Shown: positions 7,929 to 16,481 of the stretch, piece after piece
Position numbering within the stretch: the stretch's first letter is position 1
Layout of the letters: each line of letters opens with the position of its first letter
Assembly: GCA_023485715.1 (NCBI GenBank)
Contig: JAMCZG010000030.1
Location: 1-40,664 of the forward strand
DNA length: 40,664 bases
Reading direction: 5' to 3'
Origin: Patescibacteria group bacterium
GTDB lineage: Bacteria; Patescibacteriota; Microgenomatia; Levybacterales; UBA12049
Program-made: the position numbers and the translations under genes
The notes under the pieces: generated by a model
What the model saw: the letters and a program-made list of their open reading frames with translations, nothing else
What the model was told of the DNA's origin: nothing
Databases searched by the model: none

Positions 7929-9884
7929 TTACGGCTTGAGTTGAATTTCTTTGTCTGTTATTAGCTTGAATTGATCAACTTGTCGACCATTCATCTTGAT
8001 CGTGTATGCGTTATCATAGGTTCCTGGTTGCTTTTGGATAAGAAGCGGCAATTGCGATCCGGGTTTTACTTTAAAAGGTAACTTATAGGAAATTGTTAAT
8101 TTTGCTGTACCCAATGGCTTAACTGTTAAAAACCCGTCGAATACAGTTTTCCCGAATTCTTCGTAAGTCGAAATTTTTACTTCCGATCCGACGCTGTCGA
8201 CAATTTCGCTTCCTTTGGGGACATATATCCTAAACCAATCTCTTAAAACTGCGTTCAGACAAAGATTTCCTCTCTCTTCGTTACAGTCAGACGGAGGATA
8301 AGGATTTTTGTAATTTACCGTTACTTTTTTTATTATACTCCCGTCACTTTTTACTTCGTATTCTTGTGTAACATCTTCTTTAACATACAGATTGGATTTC
8401 TGGCCCCCAAAATTTGCTTCATCCAGATAAAAATAATCCCCCTCAAATGATTTTACACGACCGGCAGCGTTGAGAGACTCGATCCCGGCTTGAGCATCTT
8501 TATCGTACAGATAGAAAAGCACATGTTTTTCATTTGTTTGTTTTAGCAAATCTTGGAATAACGGTCCCCAATAAACCTTGGGGGAAGATTTAAGCGCCTT
8601 CTCCATAATCGCGTACATCAATACTCCGAGCAAATCTTTTCGCCCCGGACCCTTCACGTAATTAACAGGCCTAGAAATATTATCCTCTAAAATATAAATT
8701 ACCTGGGGACAATCACATCTTTTATCGATCTGACTCGTAAACTTTATACCTCCCGCGTATACTTCATCGTCCAATATCTTAATTGTCGAGACAAGAATAC
8801 TCGTGTCCAGCGCGATAATCCCGTCGACCTTAACTTTTCCCGGCGCCTTATTGTATAAAGTTTCAAAAGTTTTCATCGATTCGATAAAGTCTGGAGAAAG
8901 ATTAGAATCTCTTAAATTTAGAGTGTAAACTTTTGGAAAATACTTAAGAATGGGCTCCGGCGCCTTTGGTTTATTCGCTATAGTGTTATCTAAATTATAA
9001 ATATCGCTTGCGTTGTCAAAATGAATGACACCTTTATCGATTCTTAAAATCGCATACGCTGTTATAAACCCGCCTGTCGGCCGCAACTCTTTGTCATTTA
9101 GGAATAAAATGAGATATTTTTTCTCCGAATTCTCTCCCAAAAGAGACGGTAAAGCTTTTATTAGCGGTTTCGCATCCGTGACGAGTATTTCTCCTTCATC
9201 GACTAATGTTTTTATCGTTTGCAGATTTTTCTTTACTTTGTCTCCGCCAAAAATCGAGGGGTAATGATTTGGGTCAACCTCATCGATCTCTTTTCTAGCA
9301 AGAGTTATTGATTTTGCGATGTCATCGATACGAGGAGTAATTTTACCCATCGTCATCACAGCGGTTTGAACACGCTGCTCGGCAGTCCCCATCACAAAAC
9401 TTCCCTGCCCCTTTAAGCCTAAAACATCCTGATACGGCTTGATAGAATCCACAAGCGTTGCCGCTGCGTCAAGACCGTAGGACCCGGCCTTTAAAAGATG
9501 ATCTGCATCGTTATAATACCAATTTGCAACCGGTACATATTTAAGAAACGATAACCCCTCCAAATCTTTTTGCGTTTGGGCTAAATCGGTTTTTGTTTTT
9601 TTGATCTCTTGTTCTGCTAATTCTATATTTTGTTTTTTAACAGCATCTAGGGCAATATTTGCTTGTTTGGAGGTTTTTCGAGCAGAATCGAATGTTTTTT
9701 TTGCCGGAAGGACTATTGTAAAAACGGATAAAACGCCGATTAAAATCAATACAGAAAGTATAATTATTAAAGGTTTGCTTATAAAACGTGAGCCACGTAC
9801 TTTGGTATTCTTGCGTTCGCTTTTAATACTGGGGTTTGCTTTATTCTTAGGAACAACTAAATCGATCTTTTTAAATTCGTCCAT
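7929..9884 (-). CDS. DUF4012 domain-containing membrane-anchored protein
   Basis: N-terminal TM helix and coiled-coil. The core KKYLILFLNDKELRPTGGFITAYAILRIDKG matches the DUF4012 signature (LF.N..E.R.TGGF). The family is typically adjacent to polysaccharide loci. Confidence 0.7.
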   Translation of the reverse strand: MDEFKKIDLVVPKNKANPSIKSERKNTKVRGSRFISKPLIIILSVLILIGVLSVFTIVLPAKKTFDSARKTSKQANIALDAVKKQNIELAEQEIKKTKTDLAQTQKDLEGLSFLKYVPVANWYYNDADHLLKAGSYGLDAAATLVDSIKPYQDVLGLKGQGSFVMGTAEQRVQTAVMTMGKITPRIDDIAKSITLARKEIDEVDPNHYPSIFGGDKVKKNLQTIKTLVDEGEILVTDAKPLIKALPSLLGENSEKKYLILFLNDKELRPTGGFITAYAILRIDKGVIHFDNASDIYNLDNTIANKPKAPEPILKYFPKVYTLNLRDSNLSPDFIESMKTFETLYNKAPGKVKVDGIIALDTSILVSTIKILDDEVYAGGIKFTSQIDKRCDCPQVIYILEDNISRPVNYVKGPGRKDLLGVLMYAIMEKALKSSPKVYWGPLFQDLLKQTNEKHVLFYLYDKDAQAGIESLNAAGRVKSFEGDYFYLDEANFGGQKSNLYVKEDVTQEYEVKSDGSIIKKVTVNYKNPYPPSDCNEERGNLCLNAVLRDWFRIYVPKGSEIVDSVGSEVKISTYEEFGKTVFDGFLTVKPLGTAKLTISYKLPFKVKPGSQLPLLIQKQPGTYDNAYTIKMNGRQVDQFKLITDKEIQLKP

Positions 9885-9891
9885 AAACTAA

Positions 9892-9921
9892 ATAGTATCT
9901 TATTTTACGTTTTCGTGTCAA
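9892..9921 (-). promoter_or_regulatory. Putative promoter in front of the DUF4012 gene (very short or no leader)
   Basis: Perfect -35 TTGACA (9916-9921), 18-nt spacer, -10 TACTAT (9892-9897). The -10 ends only 7 nt before the ATG at 9884. Confidence 0.35.
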
Positions 9922-9932
9922 TAGATAACGGA

Positions 9933-10598
9933 TTACAGGGCACCTTTCCCAGAGATCATCGCCCATGGAGTTTTCAAAATTATCCAAAAATCGTAAATTA
10001 TTGATCTCTTTTTAACATAGCTCGCATCCATTTCAATCCGCTTATCAAAATTTATTTCGCTCCGGCCAGAAACCTCCAAATAACCAGTGAGCCCGGGCTT
10101 TACAGAGAGCACAACTTTGACAGCATCTTTTGTTCCCGGGTATTTTTTTTGCTGGTCACGAAGTTCATCAGGGTAATACGCCCGCGGTCCGACCAAGCTC
10201 ATCTCGCCGCGAAGAATATTAATAATCTGAGGTATTTCGTCGATCGAATGTTTACGGATAAAATGTCCTATTCTTGTAATCCTCGGGTCGTGTCTTAATT
10301 TATAACTACCTTTTTTATAATTTGTATATAATTTTGAAAACTTCGGGTTTTCCCGAAGTATTTCATGAGCGTTTTGGACCATCGACCTAAACTTATACAT
10401 CTTAAAAAGTTTTCCGTTTCGTCCGACTCTTTCTGGAGTATCTGCCAAAACCGGGCCAGGAGAATCTAATTTTATTAAAATCGCCGTGAGAATTATTATG
10501 GGAGAAAATAATACGAGTAAAACGATCGAAAAAAATATATCTATTAATCTTTTGACTGCTTCATAGATCTGGCTTTTTTTAATTTCTTTGTACGGCAT
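9933..10598 (-). CDS. Polyprenyl-phosphate sugar-phosphate transferase (bacterial sugar transferase family, WbaP/PglC-like small form)
   Basis: KRLIDIFFSIVLLVLFSPI (re-entrant helix), KFRSM, DEIPQIINILRGEMSLVGPRA. Confidence 0.85.
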   Translation of the reverse strand: MPYKEIKKSQIYEAVKRLIDIFFSIVLLVLFSPIIILTAILIKLDSPGPVLADTPERVGRNGKLFKMYKFRSMVQNAHEILRENPKFSKLYTNYKKGSYKLRHDPRITRIGHFIRKHSIDEIPQIINILRGEMSLVGPRAYYPDELRDQQKKYPGTKDAVKVVLSVKPGLTGYLEVSGRSEINFDKRIEMDASYVKKRSIIYDFWIILKTPWAMISGKGAL

Positions 10599-10599
10599 A

Positions 10600-11682
10600 T
10601 TATGTTAAGCCTTCATGGGGTGTTCCCTCTAGACTCTTGACCAAATCTTTAATTTTCGGGACTGAGTTTTTCGGACAAACCAAAACCACGTCTCCTGTGT
10701 TTATCACTAAAACTCCGTCGAGGTCGATCCCAACAACCATCTGATCTGTATAGTTAAAAACAAGACTATCTTTACAATCGTTAACCGTTACTTTTCCGCG
10801 CGTTGCATTATCCAATTCATTTTTGCTTAAAGCCTCTTTTAAAGACTCCCAGGCTCCGATGTCGCTCCAACCGAGGTCCGCCCCGATTACAAAACCGTCG
10901 TTTGCTTCGATTTTTTCTAAAATTAAATTATCGAAAGATATTTTTTCGATTTGAGGATATAGTTTTTTAACAACGTTTTCAAATTCGTCTGTCCCCCACG
11001 CTTCTTGAATTTTTAGAAGTATTTCATAAATCTTGGGTGCATATTTTTTGTATAAGGAAAGCAAAAAGCCCGGTGTAGTACCGAAGTATCCCGGATTCCA
11101 CGCGTGATGCGGACTGGCATGGAAATTCTCCGCAACATCTAAGTCGGGTCGGTAATGAAGGCTTTTAAAGACATAAATAGGTACGCCATCTACTTCATCC
11201 GCTTTATCCCCAAATTCGATCCACCCTAAATTTTGACTCGCAAATCGCGATTTTTGCCCGATGAAAACAATTTTATCCTTATGTTTCTCCAAGATTTTTC
11301 CGACAACAACTAATACATTTCTAAAAAGATCTTCGTTTTTTACGATATGGTCGCTCCAGAGAATAATAAACGGTTCATCTTTCGCAATTTTTTCTAACAC
11401 AGCCACAGAAAAACCGACAGCAGCTCCGACATCTCTCATCTCGGGTTCTAAAATAAAATTACTTTTTGGGAGTTGGGGGAGCTGCTGATGCAGAATGTCT
11501 TTATACATCATCCCCGATGAGATAAAAATATCAGACGGTTTAAATATTGGCGAGACGCGATCTACTGCTAACTGCAGCGTTGACTTATCTCCGATAATTT
11601 TCTCAAATTGTTTGGGCGTGTGTTTTCTTGATAAGGGCCAAAGTCTTGTACCGACTCCTCCGGCAAAAAGAACAACCTTCAT
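10600..11682 (-). CDS. manC: Mannose-1-phosphate guanylyltransferase-type sugar nucleotidyltransferase (no PMI/cupin domain)
   Basis: N-terminal FAGGVGTRLWPLSRKHTPKQF signature of the ManC/CpsB family; 360 aa. Confidence 0.75.
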   Translation of the reverse strand: MKVVLFAGGVGTRLWPLSRKHTPKQFEKIIGDKSTLQLAVDRVSPIFKPSDIFISSGMMYKDILHQQLPQLPKSNFILEPEMRDVGAAVGFSVAVLEKIAKDEPFIILWSDHIVKNEDLFRNVLVVVGKILEKHKDKIVFIGQKSRFASQNLGWIEFGDKADEVDGVPIYVFKSLHYRPDLDVAENFHASPHHAWNPGYFGTTPGFLLSLYKKYAPKIYEILLKIQEAWGTDEFENVVKKLYPQIEKISFDNLILEKIEANDGFVIGADLGWSDIGAWESLKEALSKNELDNATRGKVTVNDCKDSLVFNYTDQMVVGIDLDGVLVINTGDVVLVCPKNSVPKIKDLVKSLEGTPHEGLT

Positions 11683-11703
11683 AAAATAAATATTATGGAT
11701 ATT

Positions 11704-12792
11704 TTATCTTTTATTTAAAATTTTTTCTACTACCTGCATAAATTCCTTCTTGAACCGGTCTTTATTAAATTTTTGAGCCTGTCTTACAGAATCAATCGGA
11801 TTAAAACACAGCTTGTCAAATCTTTCTAAAACTTTTGTTAGCGCTTCTTGTGTTTGCGGGTAAAAAAATACGCCTGTTTTATTATCGACTACAGTTTCTA
11901 GCGCCCCTCCGCCTTTAAATGCTACAACCGGTTTACCCAATATCTGAGCTTCTAATAAACTTAGGCCAAAATCCTCTTTCCCGGGAAAAATAAGCGCTTT
12001 ACACCCAATATAATAACTGAGCAACTCTTTATCAGTCAAGTTCTCGATAAATTCGATGGTGGGTCCGGCAATCTTTCTAATTTTTCTCGATAAAACACCG
12101 GTCCCGACTATCTTAAGAGGAAGTTTTAGTTCATTAAACGCCCTAACCGCAATATCTATTCTTTTGTATGGAACAAGCCGAGAAACGATCAAAAAATACC
12201 CTTTATCGTGTGCTTTCTTTACGTCGGGCGACTTAAATTGTTTGACGTCGATCGGCGGATAAACAACAACAGATTCTTTTCCGTAATATTTTTTTATTCT
12301 TTTTTGAACCTCTTTGGAAATCGCGATAAATTTATCGGGTCGGCTTGACGCCATTTTATCCCATCGCCTTAGATATGAAACCACTGGCCTCGACAAAAAT
12401 TTTAGAGTATTATTTTTAAAATAATCATCGTGACCACTCCATAAATACCGTGTGGGAGTTAGACAATAACAAAGATGTAACGTTTTTGGCTTCGTGACAA
12501 TTCCCTTCGCTGCTTCTGATGTTATAGAAATCACGAGATCATACTTATCAAAATCAAAGCTTTCGAAAGCATGGGGCATAAAAGTTGCCAGATATTCGTG
12601 AGCCGACGAAGCTTTGGGAAATTTTTGAAGAAACGATGTTTTTATTTGGAAGACATCCGCCCAAGGCGCTTTTTTTGGATTATAGACCGATGTATAAAGA
12701 GGAGCTTTTGGGAATATTTCGTGCAGGGCCAAAAGGACTCTTTCTGCTCCACCCCATTTATTAATTCTATCGTAGACTAGCGCAACTTTCAT
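11704..12792 (-). CDS. Glycosyltransferase family 4 (GT-B)
   Basis: N-terminus MKVALVYDRINKWGGAERVL; C-domain EDFGLSLLEAQILGKPVV. ATGA overlap with the upstream GT4. Confidence 0.8.
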   Translation of the reverse strand: MKVALVYDRINKWGGAERVLLALHEIFPKAPLYTSVYNPKKAPWADVFQIKTSFLQKFPKASSAHEYLATFMPHAFESFDFDKYDLVISITSEAAKGIVTKPKTLHLCYCLTPTRYLWSGHDDYFKNNTLKFLSRPVVSYLRRWDKMASSRPDKFIAISKEVQKRIKKYYGKESVVVYPPIDVKQFKSPDVKKAHDKGYFLIVSRLVPYKRIDIAVRAFNELKLPLKIVGTGVLSRKIRKIAGPTIEFIENLTDKELLSYYIGCKALIFPGKEDFGLSLLEAQILGKPVVAFKGGGALETVVDNKTGVFFYPQTQEALTKVLERFDKLCFNPIDSVRQAQKFNKDRFKKEFMQVVEKILNKR

Positions 12793-13901
12793 TGCACCCT
12801 ATTATATACGCTCACAGTCTCTTTTGCAGTCTTTTTCCAATCATACGTTTTTGCCCAAGCGTATCCCTTTTTTATCAATTCCGCTTTTTTATTTTTGTCC
12901 GAAATTAAATCTGCAATTTTAGAAGAAATATCCCCGGGATCATTTTGATTAAAATAAATAACGCCGTCTTTATAGATTTCGTGGAATACCGGGATATTAG
13001 AAACGGCCGCAGGACAACCCATACTCATCGCTTCGAGCGCCGGAATCCCAAACCCCTCCATATTAGATGCCGTAACAAAGCATTCGGCATTTTTATAATA
13101 AGCGGATAGAGCGCTATTTGCCAATGTGCCAACAGTAACAACTTTTTTTTCTAAAGATTCGTTTTTTATAAACTGTTTTAATTTACGGTAAAAAAAATTG
13201 TCGCTTCCGACTAGTACCAGCTTTAGATTTTTCATCGTTTTATTATTCTTTTTCATCGCAAGGATTATCGACTCTACGTTTTTGTGGGGGTGCGCATTAC
13301 CGACGTATAAAATATATGGTTTTAATTTTTTAATAAAATCTTCTGTGTTATTATCGGTTTTTTTATCGTCTTCCAAGTTTCCAGACTCGAAAGTTACAAA
13401 TATTTTTTTAGGATCTGCATTATAGTGCTCTATTATTTCTCTTTTCGAGTCGTTGGAAACGGTAATTATCGCGGAAGCCTTTTTTACAGAGGAATTTAAA
13501 ACAAATTTATAGCCGATCGTTTTAAGAGAATAAAACCATTGAGGGAGTGTAGATGATTTTCCGGTTTTATAGTGATCAAAGATCAAATCATGGATTGTCA
13601 CCACAAATTTTCCTGGGTAAAAAATTGGAACACTAAAATATGGAAAGTGCACCAAATCAAGATTTTCAGCCAATAATATTTTTGGTAAAATAATTTGTTC
13701 AGAAAAAGTATGCCATCTTATATCGGCGACCCTTTTTTGCCATTTTTCATTTGGCATCACAATCTTATCAAAGTCTTTTTTTCTAAACAACCAAAGATAC
13801 TCGTTTTCTTTATCTACTTCCGGTAAATATCGAAAAAGACTTCGAATATATCTACCAACACCGGTTTCATTCCAAAGTCTCGCATCAATTCCAATCCTCA
13901 T
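12789..13901 (-). CDS. Glycosyltransferase family 4 (GT-B)
   Basis: MRIGIDARLWNETGVGRYI N-terminus; EGFGIPALEAMSMGCP motif. Confidence 0.8.
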   Translation of the reverse strand: MRIGIDARLWNETGVGRYIRSLFRYLPEVDKENEYLWLFRKKDFDKIVMPNEKWQKRVADIRWHTFSEQIILPKILLAENLDLVHFPYFSVPIFYPGKFVVTIHDLIFDHYKTGKSSTLPQWFYSLKTIGYKFVLNSSVKKASAIITVSNDSKREIIEHYNADPKKIFVTFESGNLEDDKKTDNNTEDFIKKLKPYILYVGNAHPHKNVESIILAMKKNNKTMKNLKLVLVGSDNFFYRKLKQFIKNESLEKKVVTVGTLANSALSAYYKNAECFVTASNMEGFGIPALEAMSMGCPAAVSNIPVFHEIYKDGVIYFNQNDPGDISSKIADLISDKNKKAELIKKGYAWAKTYDWKKTAKETVSVYNRVQ

Positions 13902-13902
13902 G

Positions 13903-13931
13903 TTTGTAGTATAGAAAAATCTTGATATAAT
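13903..13931 (+). promoter_or_regulatory. Putative extended -10 promoter for the DUF523 gene
   Basis: TGaTATAAT (TG at 13923-13924, TATAAT at 13926-13931) with a weak -35 TTTGTA/TTGTAG. It lies 24 nt upstream of the ATG at 13955. Confidence 0.4.
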
Positions 13932-13954
13932 CTCAAATATAACTTTTGAAATAA

Positions 13955-14371
13955 ATGATTATTGTTAGCGCTTGTTTGATTGGAATTAAATGCAGGTATG
14001 ACGGGAAAATTAATAGACCATGCAAAAAGGTTATAGAATTACTTAAAAAGAGGCAAGCTATACCTGTTTGCCCAGAGCAGTTAGGAGGATTACCAACTCC
14101 AAGAATAGCCGCAGAGAGAAAAAAAGATAGAGTGTTCCTTAAAAATGGGCGCGATGTGACGATAAATTTTAAAGAAGGAGCAAAAGAAGCAATAAGAATA
14201 GCAAAATTATCGGGTGCAAAAAAAGCGATATTAAAAGCCAGATCTCCATCCTGTGGCTCAGGAGAAATATACGATGGGAGCTTTACGAATACTTTAATTT
14301 CTGGCGATGGCGTTTTTACAGAAATCTGCAAAAAAGAAGGAATTCAAGTTTTTACCGAAGAAGAAATATAA
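13955..14371 (+). CDS. DUF523 family protein (TudS-like 2-thiouracil desulfidase family)
   Basis: VSACLIGIKCRYDG, CPEQLGGLPTPR and SPSCG conserved Cys motifs of DUF523. It is the only plus-strand gene in this half of the window. Confidence 0.7.
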   Translation: MIIVSACLIGIKCRYDGKINRPCKKVIELLKKRQAIPVCPEQLGGLPTPRIAAERKKDRVFLKNGRDVTINFKEGAKEAIRIAKLSGAKKAILKARSPSCGSGEIYDGSFTNTLISGDGVFTEICKKEGIQVFTEEEI

Positions 14372-15259
14372 TTAACTAAAAAGAGACCTCAATGTTATCC
14401 CTTTTAAAATTATCCAATTAATAATTTTAGGATATTTATGTTTATAGTGTTTACTGTAAAAAATTTTCATCGCGGCAAACCGAGCATTTGTCGCAAGCTT
14501 TCTTGTCTCGTCATCTGCAGTCGATACGTGTTTTGAATGTTTTTTTATTCCACCGGAAACACCCTTGTAATGAAGAACCGAAACGCTTGGAATGAAATAA
14601 ATCTTCCAACCTTTTTGTTTTAGTCTGTAGCAAAAATCCAAATCTTCTCCATACCAAAAGTAATCCTCATCCCACCACCTGACTTCTTCGCCTGCTTTTT
14701 TTCGTGTGAACATAAACGCACCAGCGCACGCATCAATTTCGTGGATTTCATTTAAATTTTTCCAGCCTAAATGATAACCGTTAAAAAAACTAGAATGCGA
14801 AAATATCTTAGAAATTCCCGAAAAATGCGTAAACGAATTCCAAGGCGTCGGAAATCCCCTATGAGACGCATCGTCTAAACTTCCATCCGGAAGCTCCACT
14901 CTACAAGTTACAATACCCGCCTTATCGTTCTTTTCCATAAATCCGAACAGTAATTCAAGCGATTTTTCCTTTATCTCTGTATCCGGATTTAAAAACAAAA
15001 TGTATTTTCCGTTTGCTTTTTTGACTCCAAGATTATTGGCCTTTGAGAAACCGATATTTTTTTCGTTTTTCAGCAAGATCGTATCTTTAAATTCTTTGTC
15101 TACCATCTCCGATGAACCATCGATTGAACAATTGTCGATAACGATAATTTCGTAATTTAATTTGCAATGTCTTTTTATCGACAGCAAACAATTTTTCAAA
15201 AATTCTCTTGTGTTATACGAAACAATAATTATCGAAATATCGATCATGTTAATAAACAT
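14372..15259 (-). CDS. Glycosyltransferase family 2 (rhamnosyltransferase-like)
   Basis: IIIVSYNT, VIDNCSIDGS, NIGFSKANNLG, LNPDTE and EDLDFCYR motifs. An alternative ATG at 15247 would remove the 11-nt overlap. Confidence 0.8.
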   Translation of the reverse strand: MFINMIDISIIIVSYNTREFLKNCLLSIKRHCKLNYEIIVIDNCSIDGSSEMVDKEFKDTILLKNEKNIGFSKANNLGVKKANGKYILFLNPDTEIKEKSLELLFGFMEKNDKAGIVTCRVELPDGSLDDASHRGFPTPWNSFTHFSGISKIFSHSSFFNGYHLGWKNLNEIHEIDACAGAFMFTRKKAGEEVRWWDEDYFWYGEDLDFCYRLKQKGWKIYFIPSVSVLHYKGVSGGIKKHSKHVSTADDETRKLATNARFAAMKIFYSKHYKHKYPKIINWIILKGITLRSLFS

Positions 15260-16480
15260 GTAAATTATCTCTAGGAATTACTACTGATTTATAAACTTCG
15301 TCGAGTTTTTTAGCGATTTTGTCCCAAGCATATTTGTCTTCGATTAATTTTCTTGCGTTAGTTGCGAGTTTTTTGTATAAATCTTCATTTCTTAAGATTT
15401 TTAAAACAAGATCTACAATTTCGTTTGAATTATCAGATATTAAAACCTCTTCGTTGTTTACCGCGTCGATTCCCTCGATCCCAAGATTTGTTGTTACAAC
15501 CGGGACACCAGAAGCCATAGATTCTAAAATTTTAAAACTCGTACCTCCTCCAACTTTTATCGGAGAAAGTAAGATATGCGATTTTTTGAATATTTCTGCG
15601 GTGTCTTCAGGAGCATTTTCATCAAAAATTACGTTTTCTTCTCTATTTATTTTTTTTGTCGAATCAGGAATATGCGTCCAACAACCCAAAGTTTTAAATT
15701 GAGTTTTGAATTTTGAGTTTTGAGTTTTGAGTTTATTTTCGGCCATATATCTTTAAGGATAATTTTTATCGCATTTTTATTCTGAATCCATCTAAAATCA
15801 CCGATAAAAAGAATTATTTTCTCTTTATCTTTAATTTTTTCGTCGAGATTCATAACTTTAAATTTATCTACATCAACGCCATTTGGAACAACATCGATAT
15901 TATTTTTTTTCATTAATGTTTTTTCTTCCTCCGAAACAGCGACTAATTTCGTCGCTTTTTTCCAAAAACTCTCTTCGTAATGTTTTATTTTGGACACGTC
16001 AATTGCCAAAAATGGTTTCAGAAGAGATGGCGCCAGTTTAAAAAATCTTTTATAAACCAAATACTCGACATTATGCTCCACTAAAACAACCGGAATTTTA
16101 TTATAAATTTTACCAGGCAAATTTTGCATAACATAGGACGTTTCGACATGAATAAGATCGAATTTACTCTCTTCCACAAGATTTTCGAGAATTTCTTTTA
16201 ATCTAGGATTTGTATGTCCGACCATTAAAAACGGATACGAAGAAAATCCTGTTTTTAAAATATTTTTTATTGACCACTGTTTTTGTTTCTCGACAACAAA
16301 AACTTTTTCACAAAAACTTTTTATCTCATCTATATCTCTTTGTGTCTGATAATCACGTTTTTCGCAAACGAATGTTATTGTGTGTTTTTTTGAAAGTTGT
16401 TTTAAAAGATTATAAAGCCTTATATGGCCTCCTGTAAAAAGCGGGTGCGGCAGATAAGAGGAAAGTATTAATATTTTCAT
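15249..16480 (-). pseudogene. GT4 glycosyltransferase disrupted by a 1-nt frameshift (track ORFs 15647..16480 and 15249..15746)
   Basis: The N-terminal ORF ends ...NLKLWVVGRIFLIRQKK*. The other frame continues HIPDSTKKINREENVIFDENAP...GGGTSFKILESMASGVPVVTT. Together they make one canonical GT4. Confidence 0.6.
15701..15735. repeat. Heptanucleotide microsatellite, five units (GAGTTTT x3, GAATTTT, GAGTTTA)
   Basis: Read directly: gagtttt gaatttt gagtttt gagtttt gagttta. All three coding-strand frames are open across it. Confidence 0.85.
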
Positions 16481-16481
16481 T

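Noticed and set aside
13933-14331. 132-aa minus-strand ORF antisense to the DUF523 gene
   Set aside because: It overlaps the plus-strand ORF almost completely. The plus-strand ORF carries clear DUF523 Cys motifs, while this product is low-complexity with no motif, so it is a shadow ORF.
15701-15735. The heptamer tract itself as the site of the GT4 frameshift
   Set aside because: The conserved beta-strand LKLWVVG lies downstream of the tract and is read in the same frame as the N-terminal half. The frame change must therefore lie between ~15650 and 15676, not in the repeat.
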